From an uncultured delta proteobacterium (GTDB lineage: Bacteria > Desulfobacterota > Binatia > UBA9968): a DNA stretch of 64,000 nt. The stretch lies in contig CAWJBB010000040.1 of NCBI GenBank assembly GCA_963840855.1, positions 320,001-384,000 of the forward strand, in the 5' to 3' direction. Position 1 is the first letter of the stretch. Each line of letters starts with the position of its first letter. Below, piece after piece: positions 30,946 to 41,402 of the stretch. Below the pieces are notes generated by a model. It made no database searches. It had not been told where the DNA came from and saw only the letters and a list, made by a program, of their open reading frames with translations. Made by a program: the position numbers and the translations under genes.

Positions 30946-31665
30946 ATGCCAATGGCCGGTGAAGAAATATTTTTCGAACAGATTCGCTCCAGCGGCTGCC
31001 TCTCCTATATTCTAGGGTGCAAGCAGGACAAGGCATGCGTGGTCATCGACCCGGAGCTTGACAAGGCTGATGATTACGTCGGCCTGGCTCAATTTTTCGA
31101 GTCGACACTGCTCTACGCTATCGATACCCATACCCATGCGGATCACAACTCCGCCTGCAAGATCATGCGCGAGCGTCACGGCGTGACGATCGTCATGCAC
31201 CGCGCCACCGACGCTCCTTACGTCGACATACGGGTAGAAGATGGAGATGAGATCAAATTCGGGCAACAGACTCTTAAAGTCGTCTACACCCCCGGTCACA
31301 CGCAGGATGCGATGTGCCTGCTCTTCAGGGATCGGATCTTTACCGGCGATACGTTGTTGATTGGCGGTTGCGGCCGCACCGACCTGCCGGGAGGGAATGC
31401 CGAGGCGCAATACCACAGCCTGGCAAAGTTAAAGGCACTGGGAGACGAGATCCGCGTCTATCCCGGTCATGACTACCGCGAGGCGGTCTCAACTCTGGGC
31501 GATGAAAAACAGCAGAATACGCGCATGTTGATTCCCACCCAGGAAGAATTCATTTATTTCATGACTTCGCGCAAACCTCCGTTGCCCCGCAAAATCCAGG
31601 AAGCCCTCGAATGGAACCGCACGCCGATTCAGGGGACACAGAGAGGAATGGGCGAAGGCATTTAA
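30946..31665 (+). CDS. MBL-fold hydrolase, persulfide dioxygenase (ETHE1)-like
   Basis: DTHTHADH, TPGHT, FTGDTLLIGGCGRTD, YPGHDY. Confidence 0.85.
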   Translation: MPMAGEEIFFEQIRSSGCLSYILGCKQDKACVVIDPELDKADDYVGLAQFFESTLLYAIDTHTHADHNSACKIMRERHGVTIVMHRATDAPYVDIRVEDGDEIKFGQQTLKVVYTPGHTQDAMCLLFRDRIFTGDTLLIGGCGRTDLPGGNAEAQYHSLAKLKALGDEIRVYPGHDYREAVSTLGDEKQQNTRMLIPTQEEFIYFMTSRKPPLPRKIQEALEWNRTPIQGTQRGMGEGI

Positions 31666-31771
31666 AGTTGAGTCTAGCGTCCAGCGTGTCGAGTTCGCCC
31701 CTTCCCTTGCGCTACCACGATTCCTTCCGCATCATGCCTGTCAAATTAAGCCTTGGCACTCACAGTTCAAA

Positions 31772-33992
31772 TCAATTGAGCGGTATATCTCCAGCCGCTC
31801 CCCAACCCACCGCTTGTGTCCCGCCGCTCGACTTGAAAATAAACCACACCCCGTCTCTAAATACCGCCACGTCTGCCTTCCCGTCGCCGTCGTAGTCTGC
31901 CGGTACTGGCACATCCGCCAACACTCCGCCCCATCCCACAGTGGTCACACCGCCGTCCGAAGAACGTAAGACAAACCACGTCCCGTCGCGGTACACCGCG
32001 ATGTCTGCTTTCCCATCGCCATCGTAGTCTGCCGGTACCGGCACATCCGCCAACACTCCGCCCCAATCCACTGTGGTCACACCTCCGTCCGAAGAACGCA
32101 AGATAAACCACGTCCCATCGCGGTACACCGCAATATCTGCCTTCCCGTCTCCGTCGTAGTCTGCGGGCACTGGTACATCCACCGACACTCCGCCCCAGGC
32201 CACTGTGGTCTGGCCTCCGTCCGAAGAACGCAAGATAAACCATATTCCGTCGCGATAGACGGCTATATCTGCTTTCCCATCTCCGTCATAGTCTGCCGGT
32301 ACTGGCACATCCGTTGATGCTCCACCCCAGTCAACTGCGGTCTGGCCTCCGTCCGAAGAACGCAAGATAAACCACACCCCATTGCGATAAACGGCTATGT
32401 CGAATTTCCCGTCTCCATCATAGTCCGCCGGCAGCGGTTTATCCTGTGGCAATCCTCCCCATCCTACGGCTATGATCCCGCCGTCAAGGGATCGCCTGAT
32501 GAACCAAACGCCGTTGCGGTAGACTCCGATGTCACTCAAGCCGTCGCCATCAAAGTCGATGAGGGTGGCAGAGGCCCGGCGCCAAACTCGACGGCGCCGA
32601 TGTCACATCGGGCGGTGCCGTCGTTATTGCCGTCGACGTGGCGGGCAAAGCCTCGTTGGTCAGTGCTAAGCAGCGCCCCTGAATTGCCGGAATCGCTTTC
32701 ATAGCCGGAATCAAACCCCGCCACCCGCTCAAAGGCGGATTTTCCCGGCAGCCGCCAGGGTCGCCCGCATCGATCGCCGGACTGCCGGCGACTAGAGCGT
32801 GAGTCTGGGTCGGGCCGCCGTTGTTCTGTAAGGGACCCAGGATCTGCGCTACCGAAACACTGGGCACGATGTCGGTCGGCCCCGGTGTAAAGCCGCTGAC
32901 GCCGGAGTTGCCATCGGCCCCGAACAAATTAAAGTGGTCAGCGTAGACGTAGCTACCCACGTTTGTAATTTCGATTCCCCTGGTTGCCGGTGACCACGCT
33001 ATTCGTGAGGGTAAGGACTGAGCCGTAGAAGCCGCCCGACCCGTAGTTTAATATACCACCGCCTATATTACCTGAGATGGTGCTATTTTGGACTGTGATC
33101 GTACCGAAAGCGTTATCTAACCCGCCCCTCGCATTACCTGAGATCGTGCTATTGATGATGGTAAGCTGCCGGGATTGTTAAATACGCCCGCACCGGTATT
33201 GCCTGAGATGGTGCTGTTTTTAATGCTGAGCGTCCCTCTATTTTGCACGCCTCCGAACTCAGATCCTCCGCTTAGTGTCACACTCTTGAAGCGTCAGATC
33301 CCCGTGCCGTACCCCCTGGGAAAAGCCCTTTCACAGCTATGAGACCGAAGTTTGGTGCGTCCCCTTGGCGAGCAATCGTAGAGCCGTTACCTTCGATAGT
33401 GATCTGACTGCTAATCTCCGGTAGACCGATGGGTGTACCTGGGCCTGGAAACCTGTGTCGGTAAAACCCGGCACAGTGTTGAGGATCATGTTAGCGTTTG
33501 CCGGCAGGACGATCGTGTCCGCGCCAATGCCCGCCGCGCAGTCGGGGTGTGTCGCCGCATCGTTGTTGGCGTTGACGATGGCCTCGACCAGCGAACACTG
33601 CCCATCGGCTACGATGTTAGGATTGTTTGTCGTGACAGTGATAGTGGCCGCCGTCGCCACTCCCTGACCCAGCGCCAGCAGTAAAGCGGCGCCGGCCAGA
33701 GACCAGGCCATCCTGTGCTGCAGTCGTCGCCCGCCCTGCTGTAAGTATTCCGGCAAGATCGCAGCCAACTCGCTGGAACGATGCGAGCTCGACGCTGGAG
33801 GGCGCGCCGCGCGCTGCGCGGTAAGGCGCGTAGCTCCGCATAACACGCTGCAAAACGCGCAAACAGCTCGTCCCCGCACTCGGTTAGAGTGCCGGCGAGC
33901 CACGGAGTGTTGTCCGCTTCTTTAACCTGCGAGTCCCAGGCAGCGGCGATAGTCCGGTCGGGATATGACGAATATAAATCAAAGTAGTTCAT
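31772..33992 (-). CDS. Exported CSLREA / choice-of-anchor-Q / FG-GAP repeat protein (several frameshifts; errors or pseudogene)
   Basis: Fragments: long N-leader plus hydrophobic segment, CSLVEAIVNAN, STISGN repeats, LGPLQNNGGPTQTHAL..GSPAIDAG, TDQRG...CDIGAVE, five PADYDGDGK.D repeats. Confidence 0.75.
31780..32560 (-). repeat. Coding tandem repeat, about 132-bp period (44-aa FG-GAP/VCBS-like blades)
   Basis: TAGTCTGCCGGTAC..GCACATCC recurs about every 132 bp. Confidence 0.85.
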
Positions 33993-34095
33993 AAGATCTC
34001 CGTTCTTGGTTTCAGGTTTCGGGTTTCAGGCTTTTCCTTGGCGCCCCCTTCGACCTTGCTCAGGACATGCTTTGCGCCTTTGCGCGAGATTGCTC

Positions 34096-36436
34096 TTATC
34101 CGATCCCTTCCTTTCTCAGCGCTTCTGCCACTCGTTCGATCACCCCGCTCCAGTCACCCGGCTGGGTCTGGCGAAACAGGCGCATCGTCGGATACCACGG
34201 CGTGGTCTCGCCCTCTAACATCCAGCGCCAATCCGCGACTTGGCTCAGCAGCGTCCAGGTTTTTTTCCTCAAGGCGCCGGCCAAATGGGCTGTTGGAGAA
34301 TCGACGCTGATGATCAAATCCAACTGGTCGATGACTACCGCCAGGTCGCCAAAGTCGCTGAGCTGCGGTTCCAGATCCTCTACTTGAATGCCTGACGGAA
34401 GATCGGTGAGATCCTCATGACGAGCGCCCTTTTGCAGACTGTAAAAAGTGATCTCGGGAATACTCAGGATCGGCAAAAATTCATGCAGCGGACAAGAACG
34501 GTACCGATCGGCGCTGTGGTTGGGATTGCCTACCCAGACAATGCCGATTCTGGGACAGTCCGACCTCGGCAAAAGCAGGGAAGGATTCTCTTTACGCCTG
34601 CGCAGTGCGGCTGCATCGATGTAGGGTACGGTTGCTAGAATGGTGTCGAGGGTTGTTTTGAAAACGTGCGGCAAGCTCCTGAGCGGCAGATAGGTGTCAA
34701 ATTCCGCCACGCCGATCTGTCCTGGTTCACGGATCTGGCTGATGCCCGATATTGTCGCAAAGATGGGTATCAGCTCTGCGGGACAGGCGACGATCAGATT
34801 CTTACAGCGCTTCGCTGCCAGCGGCAGATAGCGGGCAAAGTGAAGGGCATCGGCGGCTCCCTGTTCCGTGTAGATTACCAAAGTCTTCTCGGGTATCGGC
34901 TGGCCGTCCCATTTGGGGTGAGAGCAGTGAAAGCCATTGAGTCCCCGCCACTCGCATTCGGCAAAACCCCGTGCATAATCTCCGATCTGAAGCAGATTCA
35001 TACCGAGATTGAAGTGGGCCTGGGCGTAGTTTGGTTGAAGCTCGATGGCTCTCTCATAGTAGCTAATAGCGTGACCGGGCTCTCCGAGCCGGCTGGCGAC
35101 ATATCCCAGACTGTTATGGGCCTCGGCGTTTTCATGTTCGGCTTCGATGACCTGACTAAGGCAGGCGCGGGCATCCTCGTAGTGTTCGGCATCGCCGAGG
35201 GCTATGCCGAGATTGTATCGGGCCCTGAGGAAAATCCGGCTGGAGGGCGACGCATTGGCGATAGGAAGCAATGGCCTCGTCAAGCTTGCCCTGCTGGTAA
35301 AGTTCGTTGCCGCGCTGGAAATGAAAGGCCGGAGAGCGTAGCAGCTCCTCCTCGGTAGGTAAGACTACGTCCGCCAGCGCTTCGTCCGGCAGGACGTAGG
35401 AATCGGCAAGCCGCTGATCGTTCCACTCCAGTATTTCGGGGAAGCGCATCCCGCGCAGCACCTGAACGGCGAAGATCTCTTGCACGCCGGCTTCGAAGCG
35501 CAGGAATCCAAGCGTCTTGCCGGTCTCGATGTTTACGACCCAGACTCCACAGGTGCGTTCGCGCAGCCGCTCGACCAACGGGATGCCGCTGAACACGGCG
35601 CTCTCCCGTACCTGCGAGAGCCCGATGAAAGCCAGCGGTCCGAGAAAATCGATACCCCGCGTAAAACCGGGTAGCTGTGCGACGGTCCGCCACGTGCGGC
35701 GCTCGAGGTCGACTTGAGCCAAGCTTCCTTCGCCGGATTCAAGCACCCAGAGCGTTCCTTGATACCAGCGCGGCGAGTGCGGCATGGAAAGCCCACGAAG
35801 CAGGATTTCATTGCTGTCTATGTCCATCAGGATGCCACCCCTGGCCTTGTTCGCTCGCCAGCCTCCGGGAGTGTCGGTTTCTCCCAGCGCCGTGACGTAC
35901 TTGGGATGGCCATCTACCATGGCGATGCCATTCAAGTGACAGCGGTCCTCAGGGGCCAAGGCGCTGACAAACGGCGGGCGCCAGCGCGGATAAAAGCTGT
36001 ACTCTGCGTCGAGGGTGCAGAGACAGCAGAAGCGGGTGTTGACGACCCAAAGCTCGTTGGCGCCGTCCCGCGCCAGCTCGTGAATGTCGATGTTGCCTGT
36101 GACATGGATTCGGCGCGGCAGATAGCAGGCATCGTGTTTGCCCGCCGGCTCGAGTTTTTTTGCCAACGCCGGCATGTTGCGATATTCCCAGACGGTGCTA
36201 GCGCCACCGATTGTCAGCCGCGTAGGGTCGGCGACGATACCCATTGGCTTGGAGAATGTTCGGAAATGAGTGTTGAGCCTGCCGTTATCGCTTCGAACGA
36301 CGATGGCCTTACCCGCCTGATAAGTGGAGACGATCAGGCTGATCCCCAACTGGTCGAATAGCTCGGGCAGATTCGAGGTGTGTACGCTGCGTAGGTCAGC
36401 AGTTTTTTCCGATTGGGGTGGGTCCTGGGTCATCAC
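34096..36436 (-). CDS. TIGR03032 (DUF4915) domain - TPR - glycosyltransferase fusion (frameshift near 35222)
   Basis: STYQAGK, TGNIDIHE, VNTRFCCL, EDRCHLNG, GLSMPHSPRW, PGFTRG; TPRs; WDG...EQG..D, DLIISVD..AHLAGAL, DWRW, PWYPTMRLFRQ. Confidence 0.85.
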
Positions 36437-36448
36437 GATGATGTACTC

Positions 36449-36464
36449 AGCAACCGCAATGCCA
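36449..36464 (-). promoter_or_regulatory. Sigma54 -24/-12 promoter for TIGR03032 fusion
   Basis: TGGCATTGCGGTTGCT, GG-N10-GC. Confidence 0.7.
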
Positions 36465-36538
36465 GCGCAGAAAGAAATGCTAAATCGTTGAATTGATGAG
36501 AGCGCTGATAAAGAAGACGCTGGCTGGAGGATTAGTAA

Positions 36539-36580
36539 GGTGGCTTTTTAGACACCATGGGTGTTTAAAAAAGAGACACC
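36539..36580. promoter_or_regulatory. Paired palindrome (putative enhancer/UAS) copy 1
   Basis: GGTGGCT-TTTT-AGACACC atg GGTGTTT-...-AGACACC, 75 bp from the sigma54 motif. Confidence 0.6.
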
Positions 36581-36701
36581 TTCTCTCTACGATCGCGGAC
36601 CAGAACGAGAGGGACGTTTGGACTCGATCCCCGCCATTAGCGCGCCAGAGTTTGACTTTAGACCTAAAGTAGCTACCATAGCTACATCGGAGGATCATCT
36701 T

Positions 36702-36983
36702 GTGAGCACCGTTGGAGTCAAAGAACTCAAAAATTGCCTTACCCAATACCTTCGGCGGACCAAGCAAGGGGAAGAGGTGATTGTCACTGAAAGAGGCAAC
36801 CCGATTGCGCTGATTCAGCCGATCAAGAGCGCGGAGAAAGCCGTGAGCTTGGAAGCGAGGCTCGCTAGACTTGCGGCCCAAGGCCTTTTGGTGTTGCCGA
36901 CCCAAAAGCCCCTGAGGCGAGTTCGGTTAGTAAGGGTCTCGGGCAAACCCACCTCGAAGGCCATCGTGCAAGATCGCCGGTGA
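36702..36983 (+). CDS. Phd/YefM family antitoxin
   Basis: TVGVKELKN.L..YLRR...GEEVIVTERG.PIA; GTGA overlap with toxin. Confidence 0.88.
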   Translation: MSTVGVKELKNCLTQYLRRTKQGEEVIVTERGNPIALIQPIKSAEKAVSLEARLARLAAQGLLVLPTQKPLRRVRLVRVSGKPTSKAIVQDRR

Positions 36984-37429
36984 TTTATCTCGATACCAGC
37001 GCTCTGATTAAACGGTTCGTCAATGAAAAGGGATCGCTCCTGGTTCGATCCCTGGTGCAGCGAGACAGAGCCGTTGCGACTGCAAAAATCGCTTATGCCG
37101 AAATGTTTGCGGGTCTCACACGCAAACTCCGCGAGCGCAATCTGTCCAAAGCGCAGTACACCCTCGCTTGCCGCCAGTTTGACCGCGATTGGCACGCCTA
37201 TATTCGAGTCGAACTGGGAGACGATATCTTAGGTCTGGCGCGCGACCTAATCCAACGCCACCCACTGAAGGGGTTCGATGCCGTTCACCTGGCCTCCGCG
37301 CTCTCGCTCAAGATCGCTCTCGATGAGGAAATCACGTTTGCTGCCGCTGACGGGCGATTACTCAAAGCGGCGAAGGCCGAAAGCCTTGAGCCGCTCAACG
37401 TCGAAATGGCCATTGTTTCTGCGCACTAA
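36980..37429 (+). CDS. vapC: PIN-domain toxin VapC
   Basis: YLDTSALIK, E, LKGFDAVHLASA, AADGRL. Confidence 0.9.
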   Translation: MIYLDTSALIKRFVNEKGSLLVRSLVQRDRAVATAKIAYAEMFAGLTRKLRERNLSKAQYTLACRQFDRDWHAYIRVELGDDILGLARDLIQRHPLKGFDAVHLASALSLKIALDEEITFAAADGRLLKAAKAESLEPLNVEMAIVSAH

Positions 37430-37507
37430 AAGTAACTTTTCACAGAGTTTCTGAAGTCCGGCGCGCCTCATAATTTGAAACGTAAAAGTAGCCCGTCCCC
37501 TTATTTG

Positions 37508-37548
37508 CGGGTCTTTTTAGACACCATGGGTGTTTGAAAAGACACACC
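37508..37548. promoter_or_regulatory. Paired palindrome copy 2
   Basis: CGGGTCT-TTTT-AGACACC atg GGTGTTT-GAAA-AGACACA; 23 bp identical to copy 1. Confidence 0.55.
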
Positions 37549-37751
37549 TTGCTTCTTGGCTCGTAGCGCTGGATGAAAACGCTGTAAAGAAATTTTCCCG
37601 CTAATTCCAGGGGCAGCCCACACGGTTTTCGCGACGAGTTTAGAGAGGAGAGGGAAGAGCGGCTAGGAGTGTGTCCGACTAATCGGAAAATCGGCGACTT
37701 TATAACGTGGCCGCCCGTGGAATGAGCGCCTAGGCGCCGACGATCACATAC

Positions 37752-37943
37752 TTAACACTGTTCGTGTTCAGTAAGTGGATAAACTCGCGCAGATCGCTCG
37801 ACAGTGGCCGCATCTGGGTTCTCGGGCATGATCAAGTCAAGCGGTAGTTGCAGTTTTTCATTTCCGAACAGCGTGCGGTCATACTCGTGGTCGGCATCAT
37901 CAGCTTCTTCAAAAGAACGGAACTTACGCACGATCTTTTCCAT
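37752..37943 (-). CDS. Small hypothetical protein (possibly orphan partner of a nucleotidyltransferase TA pair)
   Basis: MEKIVRKFRSFEEADDAD.EY pattern. Confidence 0.45.
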   Translation of the reverse strand: MEKIVRKFRSFEEADDADHEYDRTLFGNEKLQLPLDLIMPENPDAATVERSARVYPLTEHEQC

Positions 37944-38376
37944 GTGAAGAAAAAAGAATAGCACAGTTATCAGGTAATCTACAGGCGAAAGAGAACGAGA
38001 GGGATAGGCCGCCAACCCTTACTGGATCAAGAAAAAGACTCCCGGTCCATTTTCGCTCTTTTAATCTCATGGCTTCCTCCTGCTTCTACCGGCTACTTCC
38101 CGGTAATAACGTACTGCTGGCAGTCTCCTTGATTCTCCAACACACGCGGGAAAGTGAAGTTCCTCCAGTTTCCACTCCGGCGCTCGCCGACGTTGCGCGG
38201 CGGACCGCACAGGCGTTCATTAAGTGATAGGAATTTGCTTTGAAGGTTTGCCACCGTGAAACTCGAAAATCCCGCCAACAATCGTCCGCCAACGCGATCT
38301 TATCGCCGGCGGCGGGCGATCCGCTCAAGCGCGCCGCGTCGCAAGCCTTCGTTTGGCGCTCTGACGCGCAGCCTGC

Positions 38377-39683
38377 CTACTGCGGCATCACGACGAACGT
38401 CTGGTAGTCGACGGTTTCGCGGTTGATGACGAGCGTGTTGCCGAGGGCGTACCCGTCGAACGGGTGGAACTCCGGATGGTCGATCAGCGCGCCAATTAGC
38501 TCCCCGCTGTGCCGCAGGTCGAACAACGCGTTCGTCAGGTATTCCCACTTGCCGGATCCTGGCTGTTGGCAGCCCACAGTGATCGTCGGGTTGAGCTCAC
38601 ACGGGAATACGGTGGCACGGGCGTTCGTGAACGTCAGGAGCGCCGGGAAGACCACGGCGCTGTCGATGACGTTGTTCGCGAAGTCCGCCGTGACGTCCCC
38701 CGTATACGATTGGCCGTCGCGCCGAGCCATCACAGGAGACCCGTGGATCATGATTCCGTACTTGGCGCTGCCGCCGAACAGGTTGCCTTCGGCGACGACC
38801 TCGACCGTCCCGGCCGTGTTTACCGCGTCAGTCGGGTTCACGCGAAACGCTGCCGGATTGGTCGGTCCAGAGTTCATATACGACGTCACGATGTCGTTGT
38901 CGGTGACCGTGGCGCGCAGGAATGTCCCAACCGCCGTCACGGCGGTCATGGCCACCCCGTTCGTGCGGTACACGATGGTGTTGTTCGTCACGACGACGCT
39001 GGGCGGGTCGTTGGCAGCGCCTCCCGACAGGAACATGCCCGAATCCCCCGACAAATAGTTGCTGGAGATCAGGCCACTCGAACCCTCGCTTCGAATAGCC
39101 TGCCCGGTGCCAATGATCCGCAGGTGGTTGAGGGCGAAGTTATCGGCCCTGTCAGCCAAAACGCCGAGCGGCATCCTAATGGGCATCGTCCCCGGGCCGT
39201 CAAGGGGGGGAGAAGCCCGCCATCGATGCTCAGGTGCGAAATTGTCACGTCCTCGGCCGTGATGATGAAGAATGTAATGTTGCCGCCCGGAATCGGCGCC
39301 ATCAAGAGGGTGTCCGCCGTTTGCGTGCCGTCCGGCCGTCCGTCGCGCAAAACGGACTTCCGCGCGCCCGTCACCGACGCCGAGAAGTCGAGCACGATCG
39401 GCAGAGTCTCCTGATCGCACACGCCCGCCGCGACAACGATCTCCGCCCTCTTGGCTCCCCCAAGGTCGCGCGCGCGGTCGAGCGCCGCTGTAATTGTTGG
39501 TAGGGGGCGCGCGCGCTTGGAGCCATCTCCTCCTGATGCCTTGTCGCAGTCAACGTAGATCGTCCCTTTGTCCTGAGCGTCGGCCGCCAGGACCACAGCT
39601 AGGCTGCTGAACACGATGGCGATAATCGAGATCGCACTTTGTAAGCGCGCGGCAGTTTCGATTCTTCGAATAATGCGTTTCAT
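38377..39683 (-). CDS. Exported DUF1565/beta-helix-like protein (frameshift at the G-run near 39205)
   Basis: RBS AAGGAGG, signal peptide, IYVD....GDGS..RP..TIT.AL, beta-helix-like N-rich repeats. Confidence 0.65.
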
Positions 39684-39711
39684 AAGACACCTCCTTTTGA
39701 GCCAAAGACTC

Positions 39712-39727
39712 AGCAACTGAAATGCCA
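39712..39727 (-). promoter_or_regulatory. Sigma54 -24/-12 promoter for DUF1565-like gene
   Basis: TGGCATTTCAGTTGCT, GG-N10-GC; flanks homologous to the 36449 promoter. Confidence 0.72.
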
Positions 39728-39885
39728 ACGGAGAAGCTGCGAGCTAAGTGATTGAGTTGATGAGAAAGCTGTTAAAGAAAGCTTTGGAGTGCGCCCCATT
39801 GACTGGAGAGAAGATCTGAGAATTTGAGGGAGGTGCGATCGGCTCAACCAGCGGGTAGGATGGACCCGCCACAAGGAGTCGATCG

Positions 39886-40239
39886 ATGGGAAAACAACGA
39901 CGGAAATTTGATACCGGGTTCAAGCAGCAAATTGTTCAGGAGGTGGAATCAGGGGTGCTATCGGTCAGCGCCGCCAGCCGTAAGTATCAGATCTCGGGCA
40001 GCGTGATTGACCGTTGGCGCCGACAGGCCCGGCAAGGAGGACTCCAGGCAGGTCCCTCGGTTCGCGAGAAGTTCTTGGAGCGGGAGAACCGCGAGCTCAA
40101 GGAGAAGGTGGCTGATCTGTACCTGGAGAACGATCACCTAAAAAAACTCGGGGATTGGCTACGCCAGCGCAAAAACGTCAATACCTCCGTGATCACCGCA
40201 GAGAGTTTGGTTCGGTTGCCCAAGGGATCGAAATCATGA
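39886..40239 (+). CDS. IS3 transposase OrfA (HTH)
   Basis: [22 protein letters not shown]; A7C slippery site at 40140-40147. Confidence 0.9.
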   Translation: MGKQRRKFDTGFKQQIVQEVESGVLSVSAASRKYQISGSVIDRWRRQARQGGLQAGPSVREKFLERENRELKEKVADLYLENDHLKKLGDWLRQRKNVNTSVITAESLVRLPKGSKS

Positions 40240-41066
40240 AGCTGGCATCGAGCAGTTATTACTACAAAACCAGGACCTCTGGGGAGGGACAGGCTCAAAG
40301 GGATGCTGAACTGAGGGATCACATCGAGCGGATCCAGGGAGAGTTTTTGGGCTACGGGTATCGGCGGTTGGGCAAGCAGCTGCGCCGTGAGGGGGTCAGG
40401 GTCAACGATAAGCGGATTCGCCGTGTGCAGCGAAAATACCAGCTATTTCCCATACGCTGGAAGAGTTTTAAGATCGCCACCACGGACTCGGATCATGGGT
40501 ACAAGGTCTATCCGAATCTGTTAGCGGGGCTGACCCTGACAGGCCCCAACCAGGCCTGGGTGGCCGACATCACCTACATCCGGATCTTGAAGGGCTTTGT
40601 TTTTCTGGCAGCGCTCTTGGATCGTTACTCGCGCAAGGTGATCGGCTGGGCGATCTCCAAGCGTATTGATGCTGAGCTGTGTATGGCAGCTCTTAAGATC
40701 GCCCTGGACACTCGAAAACCGCCGGCTCGATGTGTTCATCACTCTGATCGCGGTGTCCAGTATGCCTGTCGAGAGTACGTGGCCCTGCTCCAAGCGGCGA
40801 ACATGACCATCAGCATGTCGAGAACGGGCAATCCCTACGACAATGCCCACATGGAATCATTCTTCAAGACGTTAAAGTACGAGGAAGTTCATCTGTCGAA
40901 CTATGAGACTTTCGATGACGTCACCCAACGGCTTCCCCATTTCATCGAGGAGGTGTACAACAAGAAACGATTGCACTCGGCTCTGGGGTACTTACCCCCG
41001 GAGGAATACGAAATGAAGATTCAGAAGATCAAAACTGCCGGTCGCGCTCCCCTCAAATCTCGGTGA
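40236..41066 (+). CDS. IS3 transposase OrfB (DDE integrase)
   Basis: [42 protein letters not shown]; ATGA overlap with orfA. Confidence 0.93.
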   Translation: MKLASSSYYYKTRTSGEGQAQRDAELRDHIERIQGEFLGYGYRRLGKQLRREGVRVNDKRIRRVQRKYQLFPIRWKSFKIATTDSDHGYKVYPNLLAGLTLTGPNQAWVADITYIRILKGFVFLAALLDRYSRKVIGWAISKRIDAELCMAALKIALDTRKPPARCVHHSDRGVQYACREYVALLQAANMTISMSRTGNPYDNAHMESFFKTLKYEEVHLSNYETFDDVTQRLPHFIEEVYNKKRLHSALGYLPPEEYEMKIQKIKTAGRAPLKSR

Positions 41067-41115
41067 AAAGTCTCCAGTGGTAGGGGCGCAGTCCACTTAC
41101 TGGAAGATTAACAAA

Positions 41116-41154
41116 GGTGGCTTTTTCAACACCCGAGGTGTCTTAAAAGCCACC
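41116..41154. promoter_or_regulatory. Paired palindrome copy 3
   Basis: GGTGGCT-TTTT-CAACACC cga GGTGTCT-TAAA-AGCCACC. Confidence 0.6.
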
Positions 41155-41250
41155 CTGTTTCTGAGAGTCGCAGAGCTGAGCGACGATGGTTGGAAGGAAT
41201 TTATTCGCTAACTTCACGTCTTCACAAATCAGTCTTCGTGAATCTCCGGC

Positions 41251-41266
41251 TGGCATTTTTTTTGCG
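41251..41266 (+). promoter_or_regulatory. Sigma54 -24/-12 promoter for SBP-SBP-HK(-RR) genes
   Basis: TGGCATTTTTTTTGCG, GG-N10-GC, 97 bp downstream of palindrome copy 3. Confidence 0.6.
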
Positions 41267-41402
41267 CTTAACTAAAGGGTTTGTACTCCCTTTCGATTGG
41301 AGATAAGCAACGCACTAACAGCTTAGAGACAGTTGCTGCGAGCCGCGGCATGGCAACTTCGATCTATGAGCGGCTGCCCCAGAAGTCCATTCGTGATATA
41401 GG

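Larger units (their letters stand above)
39785..41095 (+). mobile_element. IS3 family insertion sequence, 1311 bp, 3-bp TSD CTT
   Basis: TG...CA ends; IRL TGGAGTGCGCCCCATTGACTGGAGA vs IRR(rc) TGGACTGCGCCCCTACCACTGGAGA; CTT at 39782-84 and 41096-98. Confidence 0.95.

Noticed and set aside
31780-32560. Regular ~132-bp repeats as a CRISPR array or DGR template/variable region
   Set aside because: The whole unit is repeated and in frame (FG-GAP blades) with no unique spacers; there are no cas or RT genes and differences are not adenine-specific
38270-38360. Possible integron attC site after the DUF1565-like gene (GCCAAAC...GTTGGCG on the minus strand)
   Set aside because: Inner L boxes pair poorly, it is a single instance and there is no integron integrase
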